Counted from the stretch's first letter, positions 35,501 to 46,294 are shown. The stretch is DNA of 64,000 bases from an uncultured Acidimicrobiales bacterium (GCA_963778415.1 CAVZUI010000002.1:585663-649662); one strand, 5' to 3'. Notes: generated by a model from the sequence alone, not told the origin. A program made the numbers and translations.

Positions 35501-36288
35501 TGAGCGCCTCGTTCGGCGGCGTCCGGGCGGTCGACGGCGTCTCGTTCGACGTGGCGCCGGGCGAGGTGGTCGGGATCATCGGGCCGAACGGCGCGGGCAA
35601 GACCACCGTGTTCAACCTGCTCGGCGGCGCGCAGCCCGTCGAGGCGGGTCGCGTCCTCCTGGCGGGTGACGACGTCACCGGGCTGCCGGCCGCGGCCCGG
35701 GCCCGTCGCGGCCTGGGCCGCTCGTTCCAGGACGCCCGCTTGTTCCCCGCCCTCACGGTCGACGAGACGATCGCACTGGCGCTCGAGCGCTGGGTCGAGG
35801 TCGGCGATCCCTTGTCGGCCGCCTTCCACCTGCCGAACGCGGTCGGCAGCGAGCTGGCCGTCGACGAGCGGGTCGACGAGCTGGTCGAGCTGCTCGGCCT
35901 GGGGGACGTCCGTTCGCTGTTCGTGCGCGAGCTGTCCACGGGCACGCGGCGGGTCGTCGACCTCGCGTGCCTGCTCGCGTTCCGCCCCCGCGTGGTCCTG
36001 CTCGACGAGCCGGCCGCGGGCATCGCCCAGCGCGAGGTCGAGCAGCTCGCGCCGCTGGTGCGCCGCATCCGCGACGAGACCGGTGCCAGCCTGGTCGTCG
36101 TCGAGCACGACCTGCCGTTCGTGCGGGCGATCGCCGATCGCGTGGTGGCGATGGACCAGGGCAAGGTGCTGGCCGACGGCGCGCCCGACTCGGTGCTGTC
36201 CGCACCCGAGGTGGTGGCCGCCTACATCGGTGACGACGAGCGCGCCGCGAGCCGGTCGGGTCCGATCGGCGCAGGGCAGGCACCGTGA
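32575..36288 (+). pseudogene. Fused branched-chain-amino-acid-type ABC transporter (LivH-LivM permeases + LivF-like + LivG-like ATPases), three frameshifts (~32811, ~33731, ~35148)
   Basis: No stop codon separates the four modules. LivH-like TM domain to ~33530. LivM-like IYAVLGLSLVLLAGWGGIVSLGQVAFF..NEPAAESY. First ATPase: GTNGAGKSTLL, LSGGQQQMLA, LLMIDELSLGL. Second ATPase: GPNGAGKTTVFN, LSTGTRRVVDLA, VVLLDEPAAG. Confidence 0.75.
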
Positions 36289-36307
36289 GCGGGGGAGCGA
36301 CCCGACG

Positions 36308-38053
36308 ATGAGCGAGTCCGAGTCACAGCCTGAGCCCGAGACCGAGCCGAAGCCCCGGTTGCCCTCGCAGCCCGAGCCCGATCGGCACCTGCTGCGTCGC
36401 TACGGGCCGATCGGGGCGGTGATGGTGGTCGTCGCCGCGCTCGTGGGGGTGTCGTTCCTCGGCGACGACGAGCCGGCCTCGACGAGCTCCGACAGCACGG
36501 CCCCGACGGCCACGGCCGAGGGTGAGCTGCCCGAGGGCGTCACGACCTGGACCATGGCCGAGCAGCAGGGCCTCGACGTCGACTGGCCCGCGACGTGCGA
36601 CACCGAGACCGGTCAGGTCGCCATCCCGTTCTTCTTCCGCCCCGAGTGCGTGGTCGGCGGCGACGAGAACGACGGCGCCACGGCGCCCGGGGTCACGGGC
36701 GACACGATCACCGTGGTCGCCTGGCTGCCCAACGACTCCGACCCGATCTACGGCATCGTCCGCCAGGCGCTCGGCATCGACGACTCGGTCGACGAGATCC
36801 GTGCCACCTACGAGGGGCTGGCCGAGGTCTTCCAGGCGTCGTACGAGACGTACGGTCGCACGGTCGAGCTCGAGTTCGTGCAGGCGTCGGGCACGATGCT
36901 CGACCCCGTGGCCGCGCGTGCCGACGCCATCCGGGCGGCCGAGTACGAGCCGTTCGCGGTGTGGGGCGGTCCCCTCCTCGCCTCGACGTGGACCGAGGAG
37001 CTGCACGCCCGCGGCATCGTGTGCATGGCGTGCCCGGGCATCGACGACTCCGCGCCCACCTCGTTCGGCATCCAGCCCAGCCAGTCGCAGATCCAGGCCC
37101 ACGTCGTGTCCTACGTGACCGAGAAGCTGGCGGGGGGCACGGCCGAGTTCGCGGGGGAGGGCAGCCAGGGCGAGGAGCGCGTGTTCGGCCTGCTGTACCT
37201 CACCCAGAACGACGCCGACGAGCGACGGGTCGACCGCTACGTCGAGGCCTTCGACGACGAGGGGATCGAGATCGCCGAGACCGGCATGTTCCCGCTCGAC
37301 CCTGGCCGGGCGCAGGAGCTGGCCACCGGCATCATCGCCCGCATGAAGGACGCCGGCGTGACGACCGTGATCGTCCGGGCCGACCCGATCACGCTCCCGG
37401 CGTTCACCCGCGAGGCGACGAAGCAGGGCTGGTACCCCGAGTGGGTGATCGGCGGCTTCCAGTTCACCGACACGTCCACCTTCGCCCGCAGCTTCGACCA
37501 GGAGCAGTGGGCGCACGCCTTCGGCCTCAGCTTCCTGCCGCCGGCGGCGCCCCCCGACATCACCCCCGCGTACAGCCTGTACCAGTGGTTCCACGGCGAG
37601 CCGCCGCCGGCCGATGACAGCCTCATCCTCACCTACCCGCAGGTGGCCCTGTTCTTCACGGCGCTGCACCTCGCCGGTCCCGACCTGACGGCCGAGCACT
37701 ACCGCGACGCCCTGTTCGCCTTCCCGCCCACGCCCGAGGCGCGCACCCAGCCGTCGGTCGACTACGGGTTCGGCATCTGGCACGACCCCACCAAGCCCGA
37801 GGACGAGTACGAGGGTGACTACGAGGGCATCGACGACATGGTCGAGCTGTGGTGGGACGCCGAGGCCGAGGGGCCCGACGAGACCGGCGCGGAGGGCACC
37901 GGGCTGTACCGCTACGTGAACGACGGCCAGCGGTACCTGCCGAGCGACTACACCCCCGAGATCGAGGTGTTCGATCGCGAGCGCTCGGTGACGCAGATCG
38001 TCGACCCGCCGGCGGCCGAGATCCCGCCCGAGTACCCGCCGCCCGCGGGCTGA
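36308..38053 (+). CDS. Large extracytoplasmic solute-binding protein of the adjacent ABC system
   Basis: Intact 581 aa. Acidic Pro-rich N-terminus, one TM anchor (IGAVMVVVAALVGV), then a type-1 periplasmic-binding-protein-like body. The assignment rests mainly on position and general resemblance. Confidence 0.65.
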   Translation: MSESESQPEPETEPKPRLPSQPEPDRHLLRRYGPIGAVMVVVAALVGVSFLGDDEPASTSSDSTAPTATAEGELPEGVTTWTMAEQQGLDVDWPATCDTETGQVAIPFFFRPECVVGGDENDGATAPGVTGDTITVVAWLPNDSDPIYGIVRQALGIDDSVDEIRATYEGLAEVFQASYETYGRTVELEFVQASGTMLDPVAARADAIRAAEYEPFAVWGGPLLASTWTEELHARGIVCMACPGIDDSAPTSFGIQPSQSQIQAHVVSYVTEKLAGGTAEFAGEGSQGEERVFGLLYLTQNDADERRVDRYVEAFDDEGIEIAETGMFPLDPGRAQELATGIIARMKDAGVTTVIVRADPITLPAFTREATKQGWYPEWVIGGFQFTDTSTFARSFDQEQWAHAFGLSFLPPAAPPDITPAYSLYQWFHGEPPPADDSLILTYPQVALFFTALHLAGPDLTAEHYRDALFAFPPTPEARTQPSVDYGFGIWHDPTKPEDEYEGDYEGIDDMVELWWDAEAEGPDETGAEGTGLYRYVNDGQRYLPSDYTPEIEVFDRERSVTQIVDPPAAEIPPEYPPPAG

Positions 38054-38133
38054 GGGCCGGCGAGGCGGGTCGCGTAGCCTGGAGCGGTCCCTGCGGCCGA
38101 TCCCGGCCGCTCCGCCTGCCCGAAGCGAGCCCG

Positions 38134-39555
38134 ATGAGCGACAAGACCTACATCGTCCGCACCTACGGGTGCCAGATGAACGAGCACGACTCAGAGCGCA
38201 TCGCCGGCCTGCTCGAGGCCGACGGCCTGCGCCCGGCGGCGGGCGTCGACGATGCCGACGTCGTGGTCCTCAACACCTGCTGCATCCGCGAGAACGCCGA
38301 CAACAAGCTGTACGGCCACCTCGGGCAGCTGAAGGCGATGAAGGCCGAGCGTCCCGACATGCAGATCGTCGTCGGCGGGTGCCTGGCCCAGAAGGACCGC
38401 GACCTCATCGTCGAGCGGGCGCCCCACGTCGACGTCGTGCTCGGCACCCACAACGTCGGCCGCGCGGCCGAGCTGCTGGGCGAGCAGCGGTCGGCGGGCC
38501 GGTCGATCGTCGAGATCCTCGAGGAGACGGCGGCCGACGACCACGAGTCGTTCCCGAGCGCGCTGCCGGCGCGCCGCGAGGTGCCGTACGCGGGCTGGGT
38601 GACGATCCAGATCGGCTGCGACAACTCGTGCGCGTTCTGCATCGTGCCCGCGGTCCGGGGCCGCGAGATCAGCCGCACGTTCGCCGACGTGGTGGGCGAG
38701 GTCGAGGCGTTGGCCGTCGACGGCGTGACCGAGGTGACGCTGCTCGGGCAGAACGTGAACAGCTACGGGCGCGACCTCACGCTGGCCCGACGGCAGGCCG
38801 GCGACCACGTGCGGGTGCGGCCGCTGTTCGCCGACCTGTTGCGGGCGGTCGGCGGGGTCGACGGCATCCGCCGGGTCCGGTACACGAGCCCGCACCCCAA
38901 GGACCTGCGGCCCGAGACGATCGCGGCGATGGCCGAGGTGCCCGAGGTCTGCGAGCACCTGCACCTTCCGCTGCAGGCGGGCAGCGACCGGGTGCTGGCC
39001 GCCATGCACCGGGGTTACACGGCCGAGCGCTACCTCGAGCGCCTCGCCGCGGCTCGGGCCGCCATGCCCGACCTGGCCGTCACCACCGACATCATCGTGG
39101 GCTTCCCCGGCGAGACCGACGACGACTTCGAGCGCACGCTCGAGGTCACGGCCGAGGCGGGCTACGACAGCGCCTACACGTTCATCTACAGCCCCCGGCC
39201 CGGCACCGAGGCGGCCGAGCGCGTCGACGAGTTCGTTCCGCCCGAGGTCACCCGCGAGCGCTTCGAGCGGTTGCGGGTGGTGGTCGAGCGCTCGGCGCTG
39301 GCCCGCCACCGGGCGCGGGTCGGCACGGTGGAAGAGGTCATGGTCGAGGGGCCCTCCCGCAAGGACCCCGCGATGACCACCGGGCGCACCGAGCACAACA
39401 AGCTGGTCCACTTCGCGTCGCCCGAGCCGCTGCGGGCGGGCACCTACGTGACGGTCCGCGTCACGGGCGCGGCGCCCCACCACCTCACCGGCGACCTCGC
39501 CGCGGTCACGGTGCCGGCCCGCCACCGCACGCGGATCCCGGTGGCCTCGGCGTGA
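38134..39555 (+). CDS. miaB: tRNA-2-methylthio-N6-dimethylallyladenosine synthase
   Basis: Intact 473 aa. YGCQMNEHDSE, LNTCCIRE, radical-SAM CDNSCAFCIVP, and a TRAM tail. Confidence 0.92.
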   Translation: MSDKTYIVRTYGCQMNEHDSERIAGLLEADGLRPAAGVDDADVVVLNTCCIRENADNKLYGHLGQLKAMKAERPDMQIVVGGCLAQKDRDLIVERAPHVDVVLGTHNVGRAAELLGEQRSAGRSIVEILEETAADDHESFPSALPARREVPYAGWVTIQIGCDNSCAFCIVPAVRGREISRTFADVVGEVEALAVDGVTEVTLLGQNVNSYGRDLTLARRQAGDHVRVRPLFADLLRAVGGVDGIRRVRYTSPHPKDLRPETIAAMAEVPEVCEHLHLPLQAGSDRVLAAMHRGYTAERYLERLAAARAAMPDLAVTTDIIVGFPGETDDDFERTLEVTAEAGYDSAYTFIYSPRPGTEAAERVDEFVPPEVTRERFERLRVVVERSALARHRARVGTVEEVMVEGPSRKDPAMTTGRTEHNKLVHFASPEPLRAGTYVTVRVTGAAPHHLTGDLAAVTVPARHRTRIPVASA

Positions 39556-40097
39556 GCGCGGCGGGCGGCGTCGCCGACCCGCAACCGGTGCTCGAGATCA
39601 CTGCGGAGCCCTTCGACGCTCCGGTGTCGCAGGCGCTGGTCGGGGAGCTGATGGACGACCTCGACGAGCGCTACGCCGCGGACGGTGCGGGCGACGGCGA
39701 CAGCCACGAGATGATGGCGCAGTTCACGGTCCGCGCCCACCAGGTCACCCCGCCGGTGGGGATCTTCCTGGTGGCGTGGCTCGACGGCGAGCCGGCGGGG
39801 TGCGGGGCGGTGCGCCAGGTGATCGGCGGTCCGGCCGAGGCCGGCGAGATCAAGCGGATGTACACCGTGCAGGCGGCCCGGCGCAGGGGGGTCAGCCGCG
39901 CCCTGCTGGCCCGCCTCGAAGCCGAGGCGGCCGCGCTGGGGTACGCCAGCCTGCAGCTCGAGACCGGGTTGCGCCAGCCCGAGGCCATCGCGCTGTACGA
40001 GGCGGCGGGCTACCACCGCATCCCGTCGTACGGCCAGTACGAGGGCGACGAGCTGTCGGTCTGCTTCGCGAAGGACCTCGCACCCTTGCCTCTCTAG
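39552..40097 (+). CDS. GNAT family N-acetyltransferase
   Basis: GTGA overlap with miaB. Acetyl-CoA motif IKRMYTVQAARRRGVSRALLARLE. Confidence 0.8.
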   Translation: MSAAGGVADPQPVLEITAEPFDAPVSQALVGELMDDLDERYAADGAGDGDSHEMMAQFTVRAHQVTPPVGIFLVAWLDGEPAGCGAVRQVIGGPAEAGEIKRMYTVQAARRRGVSRALLARLEAEAAALGYASLQLETGLRQPEAIALYEAAGYHRIPSYGQYEGDELSVCFAKDLAPLPL

Positions 40098-40163
40098 AGC
40101 GTTCACTCTAGAGTGCCCGCTCTAGAGTGATCGCTCTACGTGCGGTCGCTCTACGTGTGGTCG
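40092..40163. repeat. Five tandem 14-15 bp units; the first three are centred on CTCTAGAG palindromes
   Basis: Units start at 40092, 40106, 40120, 40134 and 40149: CTCTAGAGCGTTCA / CTCTAGAGTGCCCG / CTCTAGAGTGATCG / CTCTACGTGCGGTCG / CTCTACGTGTGGTCG. CACTCTAGAGTG (40104-40115) is a perfect 12-bp palindrome. TAGAGT doubles as a -10-like hexamer. Confidence 0.8.
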
Positions 40164-40186
40164 CCGTCGAGCCGAGGAGCGCACCC

Positions 40187-41077
40187 ATGCCCGCCATCGA
40201 GCTGTCCGCCGGCACGATCGACTACCTCGACACCGGGGGCGACGGGCCCGTCGTGGTCCCGGTGCACGGCGTGATGATGGACGCCACGGTCTGGCGGGCG
40301 GTCGTCGCAGACCTGCGCACCGACCACCGCTGCATCGTCCCGACCCTGCCGCTCGGCGCGCATCGCCGGCCGATGCGGCCCGGAGCCGACCTGTCGATGA
40401 ACGGCCAGGCCGAGCTGCTCGCCGAGCTCATCGAGCGCCTCGACCTCGACGACCTGACACTGGTGGTCAACGACTGGGGCGGCCCGCTCGTCACCGCGGT
40501 GCGCCATGCCGACCTCATCGACCGCCTTGTCGTCACGCCGTGCGAGGCGTTCGACAACATGCCCCCGGGGCTTCCCGGCCGGTTCGCCGAGATCGCAGGG
40601 CGGATGCCGGGCGGCATCTTCCTCGCCGCCCAGGCGCTGCGGGTGCCGGCGCTGCGCCGCCTGCCGACGACCTTCGGGCCCATGGCCGCCTCCCCGATCC
40701 CGGGCGACCTCGCGGCCGGGTGGATCGTGGCAGCCCGCCACCAGCGGGCCGTGCGGCACGACCTCGAGACCTACATCCGCTCCACCGAGCGCGACGTGCT
40801 CGAGGCCATCGTCGACGACCTGGCCGCGCTCGACATCCCGACTCTCGTCGCCTGGACCACCGACGGGCGGGTCATGCCCGCCGAGCACGGGCCGCGCCTC
40901 GCCGAGCTGTTGCCCCACGGGCACTACGCGGAGATCCCCGGCGGTCGCGTCCTCGTCCAGCTCGACCAGCCCGGCCCCGTCGCCGGCATGATCCGCGCCT
41001 TCATCGCCGACCATCCCCTGGCGTCTCCCCCGAAGCCGTGCCCCGCCGTCGGCGCCAAGGTCGAGCACCGGCCGTGA
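40187..41077 (+). CDS. Alpha/beta hydrolase
   Basis: GAGGAG RBS then MPAIELSAGTIDYLDTGG..VVPVHG, and nucleophile region VVNDWGG. GTGA overlap with the following TetR. Confidence 0.8.
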   Translation: MPAIELSAGTIDYLDTGGDGPVVVPVHGVMMDATVWRAVVADLRTDHRCIVPTLPLGAHRRPMRPGADLSMNGQAELLAELIERLDLDDLTLVVNDWGGPLVTAVRHADLIDRLVVTPCEAFDNMPPGLPGRFAEIAGRMPGGIFLAAQALRVPALRRLPTTFGPMAASPIPGDLAAGWIVAARHQRAVRHDLETYIRSTERDVLEAIVDDLAALDIPTLVAWTTDGRVMPAEHGPRLAELLPHGHYAEIPGGRVLVQLDQPGPVAGMIRAFIADHPLASPPKPCPAVGAKVEHRP

Positions 41078-41646
41078 CCGAGACCCGCGATCGCATCGTC
41101 GACGCGGCCGTCGACCTGTTCCGTGTCCACGGCTACACCGGCACGGCCATGAAGCAGGTCGTCGCCGCGGCCGACGCGCCGTTCGGTTCGGTGTACCACC
41201 ACTTCCGCGGCGGCAAGCAGGAGCTGGCGGCGGCGGCCATCGAGCGGGCCGGCGTCGTCTACCGCGACCTGGTGCTCGGGATACTGGACGCCGAGGACGA
41301 CGTGGTGACCGGGACGCGCGCGGTCTTCGACGCGGCCGCGGCGGTCCTCGACGCCACCGACTATGCCGACGTGTGCCCTGTCGCCACGGTCGCCCTCGAG
41401 GTGGCGAGCACCAGCGAGCCGCTGCGGGCCGCCTGTGACACCGTGTTCGCCGACTGGATCGACACGCTGGCGGGGCGCCTCGAGCAGGGCGGTGCGCCGC
41501 CCGCGGCGGCACGGTCGGCCGCCATCGCCTTCATCTCGCTGCTCGAGGGTGGGTTCCTGCTGTGCCGGACGGCCCGGACCCCCGAGGCGATGCGGGCCAA
41601 CGGTGACGTCGCGGTGGCGGTCGTGGCCGGGGCCGTCGACCGCTGA
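41074..41646 (+). CDS. TetR family transcriptional regulator
   Basis: HTH RDRIVDAAVDLFRVHGYTGTAMKQVVAAADAPFGSVYHHF. Confidence 0.85.
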   Translation: MTETRDRIVDAAVDLFRVHGYTGTAMKQVVAAADAPFGSVYHHFRGGKQELAAAAIERAGVVYRDLVLGILDAEDDVVTGTRAVFDAAAAVLDATDYADVCPVATVALEVASTSEPLRAACDTVFADWIDTLAGRLEQGGAPPAAARSAAIAFISLLEGGFLLCRTARTPEAMRANGDVAVAVVAGAVDR

Positions 41647-41656
41647 CGGCCCCGGA

Positions 41657-42518
41657 TCAGCCGAGCTCGTCGATCGGCCCGGGCGGCCCGGTGCGCACGT
41701 ACCACTCCCACCCGTAGACCTCGGCGAAGTGGTGCGCAGGGAGCTGCAGAGCCGAGGTCGACTCGGGGATCTGGCTGGCGTGGGCACCCATGGCCGCCCG
41801 CTTGACGTCGAGCACGGCGCGCACGTCGACCGTGGCGCCGATCTCGACCGACGCCACCCCGATGTGCGACCGGACGAGGCCCAGGTCGCCGGCGAGGATG
41901 GCCTCCTCCACCAGGTGCGTCTCGACGAAGTGGAGGTACTCGCGGTCGACGGTGGCGTCGTAGACGGTGGTCACGCCGGCCGCGCTGGCGGCGCGGCGTC
42001 CGACGCGATGGACCTGCACGTGGTCGGGGTGCCCGTAGATGCCTTCGGCGTCGTAGACGACGACGGCGGCCGGTTCCTCCTCCTCGAGCACGGCCGCCAG
42101 GCGGTCCGCGGCCTCGGTCTCGTCGGCAGACCAGAACGATCCCTCGGCGTGGTTGGCGGGGTCACCCGCCATGCCCGAGTCGTGGTAGCCGAGCCAGGCC
42201 ACGCGGGCGACGCCCAGCAGACGCGGCCGCGGCGTCCGTCTCCGCGTTCCGCCGCGCCGCCAGCGCGCCGACGTCGCGGCCCGCCGCCCAGGCCGACACG
42301 CCGTCAGGCAGCAGCCCGAGCTCCCCGCCGGTGGCGACGACGAGCACGACACGGTGACCGGCCGACGAGAGCCGACGCATCGTCCCGCCCGTGAAGATCG
42401 CCTCGTCGTCGGGATGGGCGTGCACGAAGACGACGGTCTGTCCCGGGCGGCTCACCGACCCCAGTGTGGTCGCGCCCCGCGGCCGTCGCGCACCGTCGAG
42501 GGGCGGTCGCCCGGCCAT
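41657..42518 (-). pseudogene. PIG-L family deacetylase (LmbE/MshB-like), one frameshift (~42235-42250)
   Basis: [17 protein letters not shown] in ORF 42162..42518. YHDSGM and GHPDHVQVH in ORF 41657..42352. The start may be GTG 42455. Confidence 0.75.
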
Positions 42519-42595
42519 GCCTACCGCACCTCTGGGGTGCGGCTGCCGGTCAGGGCTTGGGGCCCGGCCGGGCGACCGCGAACCTGGGGCGGCGC

Positions 42596-43054
42596 TCAGA
42601 CGTGAAGCGCCACCGAACGGCCGAGCGCCGATTCGAGCGAATCGGCCGCGGCCACGACGAGCTGGTGCGAGACGTCGGCCAGGGCACGGGCCACCGCGAG
42701 CTCCTCGCCCACGACCGGCATCTCGGGGTCGGCCGGGTGCCGGCGGGCGCGGCCCCAGCCGGAGAACTCGCGGCCCCGCACGTGGACGCGGGCCACGGCC
42801 TCGCAGTGGTGGGAGTCCTCGGCCACGCTGACGTCGACGTGCATGGTCGCCCTCTCGAGCACGGGGGCGTCACCCGGCTCGACGTGGGTGTCGGGCCCAG
42901 GTGCGAGCACTGTCTCGTGGGCCGTGTCGTCCCACCGCACGCGCAGGCGCGGCCCGCCGGCGCCCTGCAGGATCTCGAGCACCTCGCCGCGCCGGCGGCC
43001 CTGGCCGACCTTGGTGCCCTCGACCACGAGGTGGTCGCCGACATGCGCTTCCAT
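42596..43054 (-). CDS. DUF1918 + DUF1876 fusion protein
   Basis: [38 protein letters not shown] (DUF1918-like) followed by [40 protein letters not shown] (DUF1876-like). Confidence 0.7.
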   Translation of the reverse strand: MEAHVGDHLVVEGTKVGQGRRRGEVLEILQGAGGPRLRVRWDDTAHETVLAPGPDTHVEPGDAPVLERATMHVDVSVAEDSHHCEAVARVHVRGREFSGWGRARRHPADPEMPVVGEELAVARALADVSHQLVVAAADSLESALGRSVALHV

Positions 43055-43171
43055 GGTCACCTCCTGCGACGGATGGGAGGTCCGCGGTGCCCGTTGCCAC
43101 GCGAGCGTAGGGCGCGCCCGGCGGGTTCCGAAAGGGGCAGGCCGTGGCGCGACAGGTACGGTCCGTCGGCG

Positions 43172-44147
43172 ATGGCCTCGGCCCCCTCCGCCCCCCGGCC
43201 CGTCGCCCTCGTCGGCACGACGGCGTCGGGGAAGTCGGCGCTCGCCCTCGCCCTGGCCCGGCGCGACCCCGCGGTGGAGCTCGTGTCGGTCGACTCGATG
43301 CAGGTCTACCGGGGCATGGACATCGGCACCGCCAAGCCGACCCCCGCCGAGCAGGCCGAGGTCCGGCACCACCTGCTCGACATCGCCGACCCGTGGGACG
43401 AGTTCACGGTGGCCGCGTTCGCCGCCGAGGCCCGGCGGGCCGTCGCCGACATCGCGTCGCGGGGCCGGCGGGCGCTCCTCGTCGGCGGCACCGGGCTCTA
43501 CCTGCAGGCCGTCGTCGACGACCTGCGACGTCCCGGGTCGGTTCCCCGACGTGCGCGCCGCGCTCGACGCCGAGCCCGACACCGTCGCCCTGCACCGGCG
43601 GCTCGCCGCCCTCGATCCCACCGCCGCCGGGCGCATGGAGCCGACGAACCGGCGCCGGGTCGTCCGGGCGCTGGAGGTGACGCTGGGCAGCGGTCGTCCG
43701 TTCTCCTCCTTCGGGCCCGGCCTCGGGGCGTACCCGCCGAGCCCGTTCCTCCTGGTCGGCGTGCGGCTGCCGCACGACGTCGTGGCCGACCGCATCGCCG
43801 CCCGCTACGAGCAGCAGATGGCGGCCGGCTTCCTGGACGAGGTCGAGCGGCTGCTGGCCGATCCCCGGGGCCTGTCGCGCACGGCCGGGCAGGCGCTCGG
43901 CTACCGCGAGCTGGTGGCCCACGTCACCGACGGGGTGCCCCTCGACGAGGCCCTCGACCTGGCGGTCCGGCGGACCCGGCGCTTCGCCCGGCGCCAGGCG
44001 TCGTGGTTCCGCCGCGATCCCCGGATCCGCTGGCTGGACGCGGCCGCCGACCCGTCGACGCTGCTCGGCGCCCTCGAGGGCGAGGTGGCGGGCGCGGGCG
44101 ACGGAGGGGAAACGGGCACGCACGCCGCTCGCCGTCGGGCAGACTGA
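43172..44147 (+). pseudogene. miaA: tRNA dimethylallyltransferase, one frameshift (~43525)
   Basis: P-loop [16 protein letters not shown] and [18 protein letters not shown]. The second frame carries RRVVRALEV and [23 protein letters not shown]. Confidence 0.9.
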
Positions 44148-44155
44148 ACCCCGAC

Positions 44156-45002
44156 ATGCGTCTCACCAAGCACCACGGCCTGGGCAACGACTTCCTCGTC
44201 CTGCTCGACCCCGACGCCTCCCACCCGCTCGATGCCGAGGTGGCGCGCGCCCTGTGCGACCGCCACACGGGCATCGGCGCCGACGGCCTCATCCGGGCCA
44301 CGCCGGCCGAGCCGGGCGAGGGCGCGACGTCACCGATGGAGCTGCTCAACGCCGACGGCTCCCGGGCCGAGATGAGCGGCAACGGCATCCGGTGCCTGGC
44401 CCAGGCGCGTCCTCCTCGCCGATCCCGGGCTCGGCCCCACCGATCCCCATCGTCACCGACGCCGGGCTGCGCACGGTCACGGTCCACGACCAGGTCGACG
44501 CCGTGACCCACAGCCTGTCGCGTCGGCGATGGGCACCGGCCGAGGTCGAGGGCGAGGCGCCCGAATGGGACGGCGGCGCCGTCGGCCGCGCCGCTGCTCG
44601 TCGACATGGGCAACCCGCACCTCGTGCTCGACCTGTCGGCCGCCGGCCCGGGCGCGCTCGACGCCGTCGACCTGGTCGAGCTCGGCGAGACCGTCAACGG
44701 CAAGGTCCCGGGCGGCGCCAACGTGCGAGCTGCTCACCGCGGCCGACCAGCCCGGCGACCGTCGCCATGCCGCGCCTACGAGCGCGGGGTCGGGCCGACG
44801 CTGGCCTGCGGCACCGGGGCGTGCGCGGCCGCGGCCGCCGCCACGAGTCTGGGGCCTGGCCGGCGACCGGGTGCCGGTCGCGCAGCCGGGCGGCACCGCC
44901 GAGGTCACGCTCGGCGAGCCGGCCGCCGGCGACGAGGTCGTTCTCCGGTGGCCGGCCACCTACGTGGCCGAGATCGGCCTCGGAGCGTCGCCGTGGCGCT
45001 GA
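44156..45002 (+). pseudogene. dapF: Diaminopimelate epimerase, at least 5 frameshifts
   Basis: [12 protein letters not shown] and [13 protein letters not shown] (frame 2). [12 protein letters not shown] (frame 1). MGNPHLVLDL (frame 2). ELLTAADQPGD (frame 0). YERGVGPTLACGTGACAAA (frame 2). GDRVPVAQPGGTAEVTL..stop (frame 0). Confidence 0.85.
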
Positions 45003-46293
45003 TCGAACGGACCTTCCGGGAGAGGATCGTCCTGGTCGGCGTCACCATCCCGCCCGAGACGCGTCGAGGACACCGAGCAGCCGGCTCGACGAGCTGGCCC
45101 TGCTGGTCGACACCGCCGGCGCCGACGAGGTCGGCCGGGTCGTCCAGCGCCGCCAGTCGCCCGATCCGCCCACCTACGTCGGCAAGGGCAAGGCCGAGGA
45201 GCTGCGCGAGGTGGCGCTCGCCATCGACTGCGACACGGTCGTGTTCGACGACGAGCTCACGCCCGCCCAGCAGTGCAACCTCGAGAAGATGCTCGGTCGC
45301 ACCGCCATCGACCGCACCGCGGTGATCCTCGACATCTTCGCCCAGAACGCCCACAGCCAGGAGGGCAAGGCCCAGGTCGAGCTGGCCCAGCTCCGCTACC
45401 GGCTGCCGCGGCTGCGGCGCCGGGCACGGCGCGCTGTCGCAGCAGGCCGGCGGCATGTCGGCCGCGGGCGGCGCCCGCATCGGCACCCGTGGCCCGGGCG
45501 AGACGCAGCTCGAGGTCGACCGCCGGCGCATCGTGCGCCGCATCCACAAGCTCGAGGCCGACCTGCGCGAGATCGACCGCCACCGCGCGACCCAGCGCAA
45601 GGCGCAGCGCCGGGGCCAGCTCGCCAACGGTCGCCATCGTCGGCTACACGAACGCCGGCAAGTCGACGCTGCTCAACCGGCTCACCGACGCCGGCGTGCT
45701 GGTCGAGGACCGCCTCTTCGCCACCCTCGACGCCACCACCCGCCGGCTCGAGCTGCCCGGCGGCGAGGCCGTGCTGCTCACCGACACCGTCGGGTTCATC
45801 CGCAAGCTGCCCCACCAGCTCGTCGAGGCGTTCCGGTCGACGCTCGACGGTCGCGGTCGACGCCGACCTCCTCGTGCACGTGGTCGACGCCGTCGGCCCC
45901 CGACCCCGAGTGGCAAGATGCGACGCCGTCCGCGACGTGCTCGCGCGAGATCGGCGCCGACGACGTGCCCGAGCTGGTGGCGTTCAACAAGGCCGACCTG
46001 GCACCCGACGAGGCCGAGCGGCTGCGCGACGACCCACGAGGGCTCGGTGGCGTTCAGCGCCGCCACGGCGAGGGCATCGACGAGCTGCTCGTGGCCACGA
46101 TCGGCGACCGGCTCCGCGCGCTGACGACGGTCGTCGAGCTGGTCGATCCCCTTCGACCGCGGCGACGTGCTGGCCGCCGTCCACCGGGAGGGCGAGGTGC
46201 TCGAGCGAGGAGGCCGGCGAGGGCGGCATGCGCCTGCGCGGCCGCTTCGACGACGCCTCGGTCGGCCGCTTCCGCGAGTACGTGGTCGGCTGA
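44993..46293 (+). pseudogene. hflX: GTPase HflX, about 11 frameshifts
   Basis: Conserved blocks are scattered over all three frames: ERIVLVGV; [50 protein letters not shown]; [15 protein letters not shown]; [33 protein letters not shown]; LLVHVVDA; LVAFNKADL; GEGIDELL. Confidence 0.85.
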
Positions 46294-46294
46294 C

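Noticed and set aside
40092-40163. Possible CRISPR array
   Set aside because: The units are only 14-15 bp and directly abut with no spacers. No cas genes are nearby. The array is interpreted as an operator/iteron-like array instead.
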